A stretch of DNA of 64,000 nucleotides from Butyrivibrio sp. (GTDB lineage: Bacteria; Bacillota; Clostridia; Lachnospirales; Lachnospiraceae), in assembly GCA_015056625.1 (NCBI GenBank), contig SVFY01000007.1, positions 30,248 to 94,247 on the forward strand, written 5' to 3'. The notes below the pieces were generated by a model. It worked only from the letters and a program-made list of their open reading frames with translations. It had not been told where the DNA came from and searched no databases. Every line of letters begins with the position of its first letter. Positions within the stretch are counted from its first letter, which is position 1. Shown here piece after piece: positions 11,188 through 21,225 of this stretch. Both the position numbers and the translations under genes were made by a program.

Positions 11188-13617
11188 ATGTCGAGTAAAG
11201 AGCTTGTAACTTTGAATAATACTGAAACAGAAAAGAAGAGCTTTTATAATCCAGTATTTATGCTCCTTAGTTCTTTTCTTATGTATGTTCTTGCTATTCT
11301 ACCGATCCTTGTAAAGAGAGGCCTTCCTTTCTTTTATTATGGAGACTACAACGTTCAGCAGGTGCCATTCTATATCCTTGCCCACAGGGCTGTAAGAAGC
11401 GGAGAGTTCTTCTGGAACTGGAATGTTGACCTTGGGGGCTCCATGGCTGGGAGCTTTTCCTTCTATCTCTGGGGAAGTCCCTTCTTTTGGCTGACGGTTC
11501 TTTTCCCTGAAAACGCAATTCCATATATCATGCCACTTCTCATGGCTCTTAAGTATGCTGTGGCTGCAATGCTTGCATATATCTACATAAGCCGGTATGT
11601 TCACAAGCATATCTATGCCATGATCGGCGGATATCTTTATGGCTTTTCTGGGTTTAATGCCTGTAACATAGTTTTCAACCACTTTACTGACTCCGTGTGC
11701 TTTTTTCCTTTGTTCCTGATGCTTTTTGAAGAACTGATGGAATGCAGTACTACAGAAGATGGCAAGGTTAAGCTATCGGGGCTATCTTTTATTAAATTTT
11801 CTTTGATGACAGCATTTATGGCTATCGTCAATTATTACTTTTTCTTTGGACAGATACTGTTTCTTGTTATCTATTTCTTTGTAAGATACCGAAAAGCAGA
11901 TACTTTATTTGATTTTTTTATAAGGCAGCTTCGGCTGATATTTGGGGTTGTTAGCGGAGTCTTGATAGCTGGCTTTTTCCTTTTGCCAGCATTTATGGGC
12001 ATTCATGGCAACTCAAGACTTGATAATGTGATAACTGGATACAATATGTTCATTTATCCTAGTGGTAAGCTTATCTGGGATATTTTTAAAAGCCTTGTGA
12101 TGCTGCCTGATATCATTGGAAAGGGAACCTTGTTCTACACAACTACTGTCAAAAACGCTTCCCTTGCAACATATCTGCCTATGTACGGAATAGCAGGTGT
12201 AGTTGGCTATCTTATCATCAACAAGAGGCGTAAAAACTGGGAAAAGACCCTGACGATCCTGTTTTTAATAATGGCAGTGATCCCGGTTTTGAATTCAGCT
12301 TTTTCGCTCTTTAACACATCTTATTATGCAAGGTGGTTTTATATACCTGTTCTCATCATGTGTCTTGAAACGGCTCAGGTTGCAGAAAGAGGAAGGAGCC
12401 TTCCGCTTAAAAAGGGTGTTGTTATAGAAGTTTTGTGTTTTCTTTTCTTTGTCCTTGTGTACTTTTTACCTTCCACTGATGAAAACGGGAAGATAGAAAT
12501 GTTTAACATGACAGAGAACCCATCCATTTTCTTAAGGGATGTTCTGTTTACAGCGCTTTTACTTGCTTTCCTCATTGTGTCGGTATTTCTTTTACCAAAA
12601 AAGAGAAAAGTCAGGGATTTGATGATCCTTTCCTTTGTGATGATATCCTGCGTGATCTCAACCTACGTTCCAATAAAGAATGGCAGTTCTATCATCAGCG
12701 ACACGGGAAAAGAGATGTGGCAGGAGCAGATGCTCTACAACAAAGTAGAAGTTGATAAGACGAACTTCCTTAGAGGCGAAGTTGACTCTACTTCAACTAA
12801 CTACGATATGGTTTGGGGAATCCCTTCAATTCATTGCTTTTTAAGTACAGTTCCTGCGCCGATCTTTGATTTTCTTGAGGGAACCTGTGGCATCACAAGA
12901 ACTGTAGAGACCAATATTCCGGTTGAAAGAGCGGGAGTGAGGGCTATACTGTCAGCCAGATACTACTTTGAGAACGCTGTGATCAGTAAGAACAGGGTCT
13001 TTTACAACGATGAGGGCACTGACGGATATGTCTATACTGATACGCAGGATGGCTTTGATATATTCGAAAATACAAACTACATCCCCATGGGATTTACCTA
13101 TGACAACTATATGACCACATCTGAGTGGGAGGATCTGGAGGCAAAAGACCATGATCTTGACCTTTCAAAGGTGCTGATATTATCTGATGAGGATGCCATA
13201 AGCCTATTTGGAAGCCTTGATATGACAGAGCTTACAGCAGAGGATATCCTGGAAAACCCTGTAAATTACTATGAGTTTACATGCGAGTGTAAAAAGAGAT
13301 CAGAGACCTCCTGTACAAGCTTTGAACCTGATACAAAGGGATTTAGTGCTGTTACCAGTGATATTGATGGAGATAAACTTTTGTTTTTCTCAGTTCCAAA
13401 AGTAAAGGGCTTTAGCTGCACGGTGGATGGAGTTAAAACTCCAATTTATACTGCTGATTACGGCCTTATGGCGATACCAGTATCAAAGGGAGTGCATAAT
13501 ATAAGGGTTTCTTATGCTCCTGAAGGCTTGATAACCGGATGTATCTGCTCTTTGCTTGGAGTTATGGTTTTGGGCGGATATATTGCAATGATAAAAAAGG
13601 TCAAGAAAAACGATTAA
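11188..13617 (+). CDS. YfhO-family multi-TM GT-C glycosyltransferase
   Basis: GDYNVQQVPFY, FYLWGSPF, many TM helices, large outer loop, C-terminal LFFSVP...VDG...GVHNIRVSYAP plus final TM. Confidence 0.8.
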   Translation: MSSKELVTLNNTETEKKSFYNPVFMLLSSFLMYVLAILPILVKRGLPFFYYGDYNVQQVPFYILAHRAVRSGEFFWNWNVDLGGSMAGSFSFYLWGSPFFWLTVLFPENAIPYIMPLLMALKYAVAAMLAYIYISRYVHKHIYAMIGGYLYGFSGFNACNIVFNHFTDSVCFFPLFLMLFEELMECSTTEDGKVKLSGLSFIKFSLMTAFMAIVNYYFFFGQILFLVIYFFVRYRKADTLFDFFIRQLRLIFGVVSGVLIAGFFLLPAFMGIHGNSRLDNVITGYNMFIYPSGKLIWDIFKSLVMLPDIIGKGTLFYTTTVKNASLATYLPMYGIAGVVGYLIINKRRKNWEKTLTILFLIMAVIPVLNSAFSLFNTSYYARWFYIPVLIMCLETAQVAERGRSLPLKKGVVIEVLCFLFFVLVYFLPSTDENGKIEMFNMTENPSIFLRDVLFTALLLAFLIVSVFLLPKKRKVRDLMILSFVMISCVISTYVPIKNGSSIISDTGKEMWQEQMLYNKVEVDKTNFLRGEVDSTSTNYDMVWGIPSIHCFLSTVPAPIFDFLEGTCGITRTVETNIPVERAGVRAILSARYYFENAVISKNRVFYNDEGTDGYVYTDTQDGFDIFENTNYIPMGFTYDNYMTTSEWEDLEAKDHDLDLSKVLILSDEDAISLFGSLDMTELTAEDILENPVNYYEFTCECKKRSETSCTSFEPDTKGFSAVTSDIDGDKLLFFSVPKVKGFSCTVDGVKTPIYTADYGLMAIPVSKGVHNIRVSYAPEGLITGCICSLLGVMVLGGYIAMIKKVKKND

Positions 13618-13707
13618 ATTTGTTATGTTGTTTGCTGCATATACAGCATGTTATATTTACTATTATCTAATTGATAATAATTAAGGAATGGTAAGGAGAG
13701 ATACGGT

Positions 13708-14979
13708 ATGAGTGGAATGACCATGAGCCAGAAGATTCTTGCACATCACGCAGGGCTTTCACATGTGGATGCAGGACAGCTTATTGAGGCTGATTTAGAC
13801 CTCGTTCTCGGCAACGATATAACCAGCCCTGTTGCTATTGGCGAGATGAAGAAATTCACAAAGGGTGGAGTTTTTGATAAGGACAAGATTGCATTAGTTC
13901 CTGATCACTTTGTTCCCAACAAGGACATCAAGTCCGCAGAGAACTGCAAGTGCGTCCGCGAATTTGCAAAGAGAAACGAGATCACAAATTACTTTGAAGT
14001 AGGTGAAATGGGTATTGAACATGCTCTTTTACCAGAGAGAGGTCTTACAGTGCCAGGAGATCTTATAATCGGCGCTGACTCGCATACCTGTACATATGGA
14101 GCACTTGGTGCATTTTCTACTGGAATAGGTTCAACTGACATGGCAGCTGGAATGGCAACAGGAAAGGCGTGGTTCAAGGTTCCTTCTGCGATCAGGTTTA
14201 ATATTGTTGGCAAGCCTTCTAAATGGGTGAGCGGAAAAGATGTTATTCTTCACATCATTGGACTTATCGGCGTAGATGGAGCTCTTTACAAGTCCATGGA
14301 GTTTGTTGGTGAAGGCATTAAGAACCTTACTATGGATGACAGATTCACAATTGCAAACATGGCTATAGAAGCCGGCGGCAAAAACGGAATCTTCCCAATA
14401 GATGAAGTTGCTATTAAATACCTTGATGAACACGCAAAGGGCAAGAAATACCAAATTTACGAAGCTGATGCTGATGCTGAGTATGATGCTGAGTATACGA
14501 TCGACCTTGGAAGCCTTAAGTCCACAGTAGCTTTTCCACATCTGCCTGAGAATGCCCATACATTTGATGATATCAAGGATATCAGTATCGATCAGGTTGT
14601 CATTGGTTCATGTACTAATGGCCGACTGGATGACCTTAGATGTGCAGCCAAGATCCTTGAGGGAAGACATATAGCTGAAGGCATGAGATGCATCGTGATC
14701 CCTGCTACTCAGAAGATTTATTTAAAGGCCATGGAAGAGGGACTTCTTAGAACATTTATCGAGGCTGGAGCCATAGTTTCAACTCCAACCTGCGGACCAT
14801 GTCTTGGCGGATATATGGGAGTTTTAGCATCTGGTGAGAGATGTGTATCAACCACCAACAGAAACTTTGTTGGAAGAATGGGCGCCATCGACTCAGAGAT
14901 CTATCTGGCTTCTCCTGCAGTTGCAGCAGCCAGCGCAGTTACAGGAAAATTGTCACAGCCATCAGAGCTTGGACTTTAA
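13708..14979 (+). CDS. leuC: 3-isopropylmalate dehydratase large subunit (LeuC type 2)
   Basis: [22 protein letters not shown] Fe-S ligands, [12 protein letters not shown]. Confidence 0.95.
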   Translation: MSGMTMSQKILAHHAGLSHVDAGQLIEADLDLVLGNDITSPVAIGEMKKFTKGGVFDKDKIALVPDHFVPNKDIKSAENCKCVREFAKRNEITNYFEVGEMGIEHALLPERGLTVPGDLIIGADSHTCTYGALGAFSTGIGSTDMAAGMATGKAWFKVPSAIRFNIVGKPSKWVSGKDVILHIIGLIGVDGALYKSMEFVGEGIKNLTMDDRFTIANMAIEAGGKNGIFPIDEVAIKYLDEHAKGKKYQIYEADADAEYDAEYTIDLGSLKSTVAFPHLPENAHTFDDIKDISIDQVVIGSCTNGRLDDLRCAAKILEGRHIAEGMRCIVIPATQKIYLKAMEEGLLRTFIEAGAIVSTPTCGPCLGGYMGVLASGERCVSTTNRNFVGRMGAIDSEIYLASPAVAAASAVTGKLSQPSELGL

Positions 14980-14989
14980 GGAGGATTAT

Positions 14990-15481
14990 ATGAAAGCTGC
15001 AAAAGGAACAGTTTTTAGATATGGAGATAATGTAGATACAGATGTTATCATCCCTGCAAGATATTTAAACAGCACAGACCCCAAGGACCTTGCTGCTCAC
15101 TGCATGGAGGATATTGATAAGGAATTTGTAAATAAGGTAAAGAGCGGAGATATCATTGTAGCAGATAAGAACTTTGGATGCGGATCTTCAAGAGAGCATG
15201 CTCCTATAGCTATAAAGGCTGCTGGTGTTTCCTGCGTTATTGCCAAGAGCTTTGCAAGGATCTTTTATAGAAACAGCATAAACATCGGACTTCCGATCAT
15301 TGAGTGCGAAGATGCACCAGACAACATAAACGCCGGAGATGTGGTTTCTATAGATTTTGACTCAGGCCTTATCACAGATGAGACAACGGGCAAGACCTTT
15401 AAGGGACAGGCATTTCCACCATTCATGCAAAAGATCATTGATTCAGAAGGACTTATCAATTATATCAATTCAAAAGAGTAA
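14990..15481 (+). CDS. leuD: 3-isopropylmalate dehydratase small subunit
   Basis: [32 protein letters not shown]; ATG 14990 follows GGAGG. Confidence 0.96.
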   Translation: MKAAKGTVFRYGDNVDTDVIIPARYLNSTDPKDLAAHCMEDIDKEFVNKVKSGDIIVADKNFGCGSSREHAPIAIKAAGVSCVIAKSFARIFYRNSINIGLPIIECEDAPDNINAGDVVSIDFDSGLITDETTGKTFKGQAFPPFMQKIIDSEGLINYINSKE

Positions 15482-15485
15482 TTTT

Positions 15486-15521
15486 GCGCCACAGCACTAT
15501 TGTTGCTGTGGCGTTATTTTT
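15486..15521 (+). terminator. Terminator after leuCD
   Basis: GCGCCACAGCA/TGCTGTGGCGT stem plus T-run. Confidence 0.75.
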
Positions 15522-15569
15522 GCAAATGTATTATTATAATAGGGTATGTAAAATTGATTGGAGGAATGT

Positions 15570-16532
15570 ATGGGAAGGTTATTCTGTGTTATACCCTGTT
15601 ACAACGAGCAGGAGGTTCTGCCAGAAACTTCTAGTCGCATTCGCGAAAAGCTCAACGACCTTATCGCTAAGAATAAAATAGATGATGACAGCAGGATAGT
15701 ATTTGTCAATGATGGTTCCAAGGATGCAACCTGGGAAATAATCTCAAGACTTCACAGTGAAGATCCTATTTTTCAGGGGATAAACCTGTCAAAAAACATG
15801 GGACATCAGAACGCGCTTCTTGCAGGGCTTATGACAGTTAAGGATATTTGCGACTGTGCAATTTCACTTGATGCTGATCTTCAGGATGATATCGATGCAA
15901 TAGAGGCCATGATAGACAAGTTCAATGAGGGTATTGACGTTGTTTATGGTGTAAGATCCAAGAGGACTACAGATACTTTCTTTAAGAGGTTTACAGCTCT
16001 TAGCTTTTACAAGGTAATGAACGGCCTTGGCGCAAACACTGTTTATAATCACGCTGATTACAGGCTTATGAGCAGACGAGCTCTCCTTGGTCTTGCTGAG
16101 TTTGGAGAGGTCAATCTCTTTTTAAGAGGAATTGTACCTATGGTGGGCTACAAGAGTGATGTGGTCTACTATGAGAGAGCTGAGAGATTTGCCGGGGAGA
16201 GCAAGTATCCTTTAAAGAAGATGATCAGCTTTGCTATTGAGGGCATCACAAGTCTTTCAACAAAACCCATCAAGCTTATTACAGGCCTTGGAGTTTTGAT
16301 CTTCCTTGTGAGCATCGCAGTTTTTATCTACTCCCTGGTTCGCTACTTTAATCAACAGACTGTTCCTGGATGGACAACCACAGTTCTTTCAGTGTGGTTT
16401 ATTGGCGGACTTATGATGATCTCCCTTGGAGTTATAGGAGAGTACATTGGCAAGATTTATCTTGAGACCAAGAACAGGCCAAGATTTATCATAGAATCAT
16501 ACCTTTCGGATGATTCAGAACACAAGAAATAA
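15570..16532 (+). CDS. GT2 polyprenyl-phosphate glycosyltransferase (GtrB/CsbB/YkoT-like)
   Basis: IPCYNE, VNDGSKD, NMGHQNA, DADLQD, two C-terminal TM helices, GEYIGKIY...RP. Confidence 0.9.
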   Translation: MGRLFCVIPCYNEQEVLPETSSRIREKLNDLIAKNKIDDDSRIVFVNDGSKDATWEIISRLHSEDPIFQGINLSKNMGHQNALLAGLMTVKDICDCAISLDADLQDDIDAIEAMIDKFNEGIDVVYGVRSKRTTDTFFKRFTALSFYKVMNGLGANTVYNHADYRLMSRRALLGLAEFGEVNLFLRGIVPMVGYKSDVVYYERAERFAGESKYPLKKMISFAIEGITSLSTKPIKLITGLGVLIFLVSIAVFIYSLVRYFNQQTVPGWTTTVLSVWFIGGLMMISLGVIGEYIGKIYLETKNRPRFIIESYLSDDSEHKK

Positions 16533-16549
16533 AGGTAGGAAAATTAGTA

Positions 16550-17356
16550 ATGGCAAAGAAACCCGAAGATTTTAAAAAAGAGATGGAAGATAATATGAGA
16601 GCCAAGCTCTCTGAGTATAGCCACGTCAAGAAGGTTATCGGTATTGTCAGCGGAAAGGGCGGTGTTGGTAAGAGTCTTGTAACAGGTCTTTCTGCTATTT
16701 CAATGTGCAGGAAGGGCTATCAGACAGCAATCATGGACGCTGATATCACAGGTCCTTCAATTCCCAAGATGTTTGGAATTGGAAAAGAGAATTTTGCAGA
16801 CGAGACAGGTATGCTTCCTGCAGTAACAAGGGGCGGCATGAAGATCATGTCCCTTAACATGCTCATGGAAAATGAGACAGATCCTGTAATCTGGAGAGGC
16901 CCTGTAATTGCCGGTATCGTTAAGCAGTTCTGGTCAGATGTTAACTGGGGCAATGTGGACTACATGTTCGTTGATATGCCACCAGGAACTGGAGATGTTC
17001 CTCTTACAGTATTCCAGTCACTTCCTGTGGACGGGATCATTGTAGTTGCTACTCCTCAGGAGCTGGTTGGAATGATCGTTGAAAAAGCCATCAATATGGC
17101 CAAGATGATGAATATTCCTGTCCTTGGAATCGTTGAGAACATGAGTTATATGACATGTCCTCACTGCGGCGAACCAATCTATATGTTTGGCGAGAGCAGA
17201 ATTGATGACTACGCAGCCTCTCTTGGCATTCCAGTACTTGGCAAGATCCCTATGAATCCTGATTTTGCATCTAAATGTGATGCAGGTCTTGCAGAAGACA
17301 TTGAATTTGAAGGCCTTGACGAGCTTGTATCAGTACTTGATGGAATGAAGGAATAA
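16550..17356 (+). CDS. Mrp/NBP35 (ApbC) Fe-S cluster carrier ATPase
   Basis: GKGGVGKS, DADITGPSIP, VIWRGP, DMPPGTGD, ENMS...CPHC. Confidence 0.92.
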   Translation: MAKKPEDFKKEMEDNMRAKLSEYSHVKKVIGIVSGKGGVGKSLVTGLSAISMCRKGYQTAIMDADITGPSIPKMFGIGKENFADETGMLPAVTRGGMKIMSLNMLMENETDPVIWRGPVIAGIVKQFWSDVNWGNVDYMFVDMPPGTGDVPLTVFQSLPVDGIIVVATPQELVGMIVEKAINMAKMMNIPVLGIVENMSYMTCPHCGEPIYMFGESRIDDYAASLGIPVLGKIPMNPDFASKCDAGLAEDIEFEGLDELVSVLDGMKE

Positions 17357-17361
17357 GTATT

Positions 17362-18720
17362 ATGAAGATGAGACCTGAGAAAAACCAGATAACCTGGGGA
17401 ATTACACTGTTTTTAGTGGTAGTGGCATCGCTTCTTGCCTACTATTTTCTTTTCCATGGAAAAATTATCATAGATTTCTTCGAAAAGATTCTGGATTCTA
17501 TATCAGGTATCATAATCGGAGTCATAATTGCATACATCCTGATACCTCTTCAGGATTCTATAGAGGATAAGTTCCTTATCCCCATCTATAAAAAGAGAGG
17601 CTACGATATCTCTTTTGCTGAGAAGGCAAACTGGAAAAAGAGAAGACAGATGAGAGGGATAGCAGTACTGTGCACCATGCTGATCTTCATCTTTATCGTA
17701 TTTTTGCTGGTCAGGATCATTATCCCTCAGCTTATCAGCAGCGTTCGTGAGATCATCAACAACCTTCCTGTTTATATTAAGAACATTGATGATTATTCAA
17801 ATCTGCTGCTTGAAAATAATCCGGACCTTAATGAGTTCATTGATTCACAGCTGACAAGCTATTATGCGACTCTTTCAAGCTTTGTCACACAGAATATCAA
17901 GCCATATCTTCCTGAAGTTGGAACAATTGTCAAGGTTGCAACTAACAGTGTGTTCTCTGTGATCGGAGTCATCTTTGACTTTGTTGTAGGACTTATAGTT
18001 GCTGTTTATGTTCTGAATTCCAAGGAGAGATTTACAACCAGGGGCAAGAAGATGGCATATGCTTTCTTTAAAGAAGATTTTGCCAACGAGCTGGTTGGAG
18101 GCTTTCGGTTTGTACATAACACCTTTGAGAGCTTCATTGGTGGCAAACTGATAGATTCTATCATTATTGGAGTGATCTGCTACTTTGGATGCCTTATCCT
18201 TGGCATCAACTATCCGGTGCTGATCTCAGTGATCGTAGGCGTGACCAATATAATCCCTTTCTTTGGTCCATATATCGGAGGAATAGCGGGGGCAACACTC
18301 CTTGTTTTGATCGAACCAATCCAGGCACTTATCTTCCTTGTTTTCGTGATCCTGCTGCAGCAGTTTGATGGAAATATTTTAGGCCCAAGGATCCTTGGCG
18401 GCTCCACAGGACTATCGAGCTTCTGGGTCATCTTTGCCATCACCTTCTTTGGAGGACTGTGGGGACTTGTTGGATGGCTGATAGGAGTGCCTGTTTTTGC
18501 GGTATTCTATGCACTTGTTTCAAGGGTGACAAACCATTACCTTCGCGGCAAGGGACTATCTGAGTTTACCGGGGACTATTATGATCTTGCTTATATAGAG
18601 GACAAAGAATATAAGCTCCTTAGTGACAAGAATAATACAAAATATAACGCAGTTAAGAAAACATCTACATTTAAAAAGATTTTTAGTGGCAATAATAAGC
18701 TTGACGCAGGGAAAAAATGA
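17362..18720 (+). CDS. AI-2E (PerM/TqsA) family transporter
   Basis: NIIPFFGP, QQFDGNILGPRILG motifs; multi-TM. Confidence 0.88.
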   Translation: MKMRPEKNQITWGITLFLVVVASLLAYYFLFHGKIIIDFFEKILDSISGIIIGVIIAYILIPLQDSIEDKFLIPIYKKRGYDISFAEKANWKKRRQMRGIAVLCTMLIFIFIVFLLVRIIIPQLISSVREIINNLPVYIKNIDDYSNLLLENNPDLNEFIDSQLTSYYATLSSFVTQNIKPYLPEVGTIVKVATNSVFSVIGVIFDFVVGLIVAVYVLNSKERFTTRGKKMAYAFFKEDFANELVGGFRFVHNTFESFIGGKLIDSIIIGVICYFGCLILGINYPVLISVIVGVTNIIPFFGPYIGGIAGATLLVLIEPIQALIFLVFVILLQQFDGNILGPRILGGSTGLSSFWVIFAITFFGGLWGLVGWLIGVPVFAVFYALVSRVTNHYLRGKGLSEFTGDYYDLAYIEDKEYKLLSDKNNTKYNAVKKTSTFKKIFSGNNKLDAGKK

Positions 18721-18728
18721 ATTATAAT
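18701..18728 (+). promoter_or_regulatory. sigmaA promoter for ilvE
   Basis: TTGACG-N16-TATAAT, with the -35 inside the end of the upstream gene. Confidence 0.7.
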
Positions 18729-18740
18729 TGTTACTAATTA

Positions 18741-18762
18741 GTGCTTTGAAGTGCTAAAGCAC
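18741..18762. promoter_or_regulatory. Palindromic operator downstream of the ilvE -10
   Basis: GTGCTTT-GAAGTGCT-AAAGCAC; same family as the 9300 and 9459 sites. Confidence 0.6.
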
Positions 18763-18782
18763 AAGGAAGGGGACTGATAAAA

Positions 18783-19814
18783 ATGGCTAAGAAGAATTTA
18801 GATTGGGCTAACATTGGTTTTGGTTACCATGTAGCAGACAAGAGATATGTTTCCAATTTCAAGGACGGAAAGTGGGATGACGGTGTCATTACTGAAGATT
18901 CCAAGGTAGTCCTTAGCGAGGACGCAGGTGTTCTTCACTACGCCCAGGAGTGTTTTGAAGGCCTTAAGGCTTATGAGACAGAAGACGGAAGGGTTGTTAC
19001 TTTCAGACCTGACCTTAACGCCAAGAGAATGGTAGATTCAGCAAAAAGACTTGAGATGCCTGCATTTCCAGAGGATAGGTTCATCAAGGCTGTAGAGGAA
19101 GTAGTTGCTGCCAACAGAGACTGGGTTCCACCTTTTGGAAGCGGAGCAACACTTTATATCAGACCTGTAATGTTCGCAACAGGCAATGTAATTGGTGTTA
19201 AGCCTGCAGACGAGTATCAGTTCAGAATTTTCGTTACACCTGTTGGCCCTTACTTTAAGGGCGGCGCTAAGCCAATCGTTGTTAAGATAAGTGACTTCGA
19301 CAGAGCAGCTCCTCACGGAACAGGTAACATCAAGGCTGGTCTTAACTACGCAATGAGCCTTCATGCTATCGTAACAGCTCATGAGGAGGGCTTTGCTGAG
19401 AATGTATATCTTGATGCTGAGTCAAGAACCTACATCGAAGAGACAGGCGGAGCTAATATAATCTTTGTAACAAAGGACGGAGGACTTGTAGTTCCCAAGT
19501 CACACACAGATTCAATCCTTCCTTCTATAACAAGAAGATCAATTGTCTATGTTGCAAAAGAGATACTTGGACTTAATGTAGAAGAAAGACCTGTTAAGCT
19601 CTCAGAGGTTCCAGAGTTCGTTGAAATGGGACTTTGTGGAACAGCAGCTGTAATAAGCCCTGTTGGCAAGATCAATGATCACGGAAAAGAGATCTGCTTC
19701 GCAGCTGGCATGGATGAGATGGGACCAGTTATCAAGAAGCTCTATGATACTCTTACTGGTATCCAGATGGGCAAGATCGATGCTCCAGAGGGCTGGATCC
19801 ACGAGATAAAATAA
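18783..19814 (+). CDS. ilvE: Branched-chain amino acid aminotransferase
   Basis: HYAQECFEGLKAY, LYIRP, KAGLNY, EETGGAN, ILPSITR, GTAAVISP. Confidence 0.96.
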   Translation: MAKKNLDWANIGFGYHVADKRYVSNFKDGKWDDGVITEDSKVVLSEDAGVLHYAQECFEGLKAYETEDGRVVTFRPDLNAKRMVDSAKRLEMPAFPEDRFIKAVEEVVAANRDWVPPFGSGATLYIRPVMFATGNVIGVKPADEYQFRIFVTPVGPYFKGGAKPIVVKISDFDRAAPHGTGNIKAGLNYAMSLHAIVTAHEEGFAENVYLDAESRTYIEETGGANIIFVTKDGGLVVPKSHTDSILPSITRRSIVYVAKEILGLNVEERPVKLSEVPEFVEMGLCGTAAVISPVGKINDHGKEICFAAGMDEMGPVIKKLYDTLTGIQMGKIDAPEGWIHEIK

Positions 19815-19833
19815 ATACAAGATATACAATATT

Positions 19834-19866
19834 TTCCGGATGGGTTGCTCCTATCCGGAATTTTTT
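19834..19866 (+). terminator. Terminator after ilvE
   Basis: TTCCGGATGGG/CCTATCCGGAA stem plus T6. Confidence 0.85.
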
Positions 19867-19914
19867 GTAATATGGTATACTATATGAACAGTTTATTTTG
19901 GATAGGAGTAAAAT

Positions 19915-20775
19915 TTGAAAGAGTTAAATTCGTGTAAGGAAGCGATGGCTAAGAGCATAGAGAATAAGTATTTCTCAGTTGCCCACCTGTACAAGGATGA
20001 AAAAGCTATGGAAATGCACATTCATGACTGCTATGAGGTGTATTTCTCAATTTCTGGAGGCAAACAGTTCCTGATAGATAATCAGGTATATGACATTCAG
20101 CCTGGAGATCTTTTTCTTATCAATCAGTATGATTCGCATTATCTTACCCAGATCGATAAAGAGCTTCATGAGAGAATAGTTATCATGATAGATCCTGACT
20201 ATATGAAGAGCATTTCCTCTGATGAGACCAATCTTGATGGATGCTTTTCCAATCGCCCTGAAGGGTTTACCCATAAGATAAGTCTTACACAGGAGCAGCA
20301 GAGCCGTTTCCTTTACTTTATTAATAAGATAGTCACCAGCAACGGCTATGGCCATGACCTTCTTGAGAGAGCCACATTTACAGAGCTTTTTGTAATGATA
20401 AACAAGCTCCTTAAGGATAAAGAAGATAAGAGAGGCAATGAACAGACTGCCACTTATAATGAGCAGGTAGACGCGATCCTTTCTTATCTGAACAATAATA
20501 TCCAGTATCCTATCAGTATAGGAGATCTGTCCAAACAGTTTTATATCAGTGAGTCCTACATCTGCAGGATCTTTAAGTCTGCCACAGGAACAACAATAAA
20601 CAAGTATATGACAGCAAGACGTATTTCCATTGCGAAATCTCTTTTGGCAGAGGGGATTGGCGTCAGCGAAGTCTGCGAAAAATGTGGATTTTCTGACTAT
20701 AGCAATTTCTTAAAGGCCTTTACCAAGTCTGTGGGAATATCACCAAAGAAGTACTCACAGAACTGCAACAGGTGA
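19915..20775 (+). CDS. AraC-family transcriptional regulator (cupin plus HTH)
   Basis: HIHDCYE cupin; C-terminal double HTH ending GFSDYSNFLKAFTKSVGISP. Confidence 0.92.
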   Translation: MKELNSCKEAMAKSIENKYFSVAHLYKDEKAMEMHIHDCYEVYFSISGGKQFLIDNQVYDIQPGDLFLINQYDSHYLTQIDKELHERIVIMIDPDYMKSISSDETNLDGCFSNRPEGFTHKISLTQEQQSRFLYFINKIVTSNGYGHDLLERATFTELFVMINKLLKDKEDKRGNEQTATYNEQVDAILSYLNNNIQYPISIGDLSKQFYISESYICRIFKSATGTTINKYMTARRISIAKSLLAEGIGVSEVCEKCGFSDYSNFLKAFTKSVGISPKKYSQNCNR

Positions 20776-20802
20776 TACATACTGGTAAAATAAAAATAAT
20801 TG

Positions 20803-20831
20803 TTGACAAATGGTGCCATGCCATATAAAAT
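20803..20831 (+). promoter_or_regulatory. sigmaA promoter for rpmF
   Basis: TTGACA-N17-TAAAAT. Confidence 0.8.
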
Positions 20832-20917
20832 AGTCAAGTACGCTATTGAAAAAACGTAATTGATTGCCGCAGATGCGGCAGTTTCGTATACGGATACAGT
20901 AAGGAGGTGTTACTGAA

Positions 20918-21100
20918 ATGTCAATCTGCCCAAAGAATAAGTCATCAAAAGGACACAGAGATCAGAGAAGAGCTAACTGGAAAATGACAGCTCCTACTTT
21001 GGTTAAATGTAGTCACTGTGGAGCTCTTATGCAGCCACATTGCGCTTGCAAGAAGTGCGGTTACTACAACAAGAAGAGCATTGTTGAAGTTGAGGCATAA
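20918..21100 (+). CDS. rpmF: 50S ribosomal protein L32 (Zn-binding form)
   Basis: PKNKSSKGHRDQRRA, CSHC...CKKCGYY. Confidence 0.96.
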   Translation: MSICPKNKSSKGHRDQRRANWKMTAPTLVKCSHCGALMQPHCACKKCGYYNKKSIVEVEA

Positions 21101-21133
21101 TTTTAGTAAAACCGGATATTTTACAAGAGCTTA

Positions 21134-21170
21134 AAGGCTTTCTGACATGAGTCAGAAAGCCTTGATTTTT
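21134..21170 (+). terminator. Terminator after rpmF
   Basis: AAGGCTTTCTGAC/GTCAGAAAGCCTT stem plus GATTTTT. Confidence 0.75.
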
Positions 21171-21225
21171 GTGTATTCATTTAGTACACTAGATTTTGTT
21201 CTAATTAAACTTACGGAGATATAAC

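Noticed and set aside
21162-21204. TTAGTACACTAGA upstream of plsX as a FapR operator
   Set aside because: The second half-site does not match, no fapR is adjacent, and the sequence fits a TTGATT-N17-TACACT promoter
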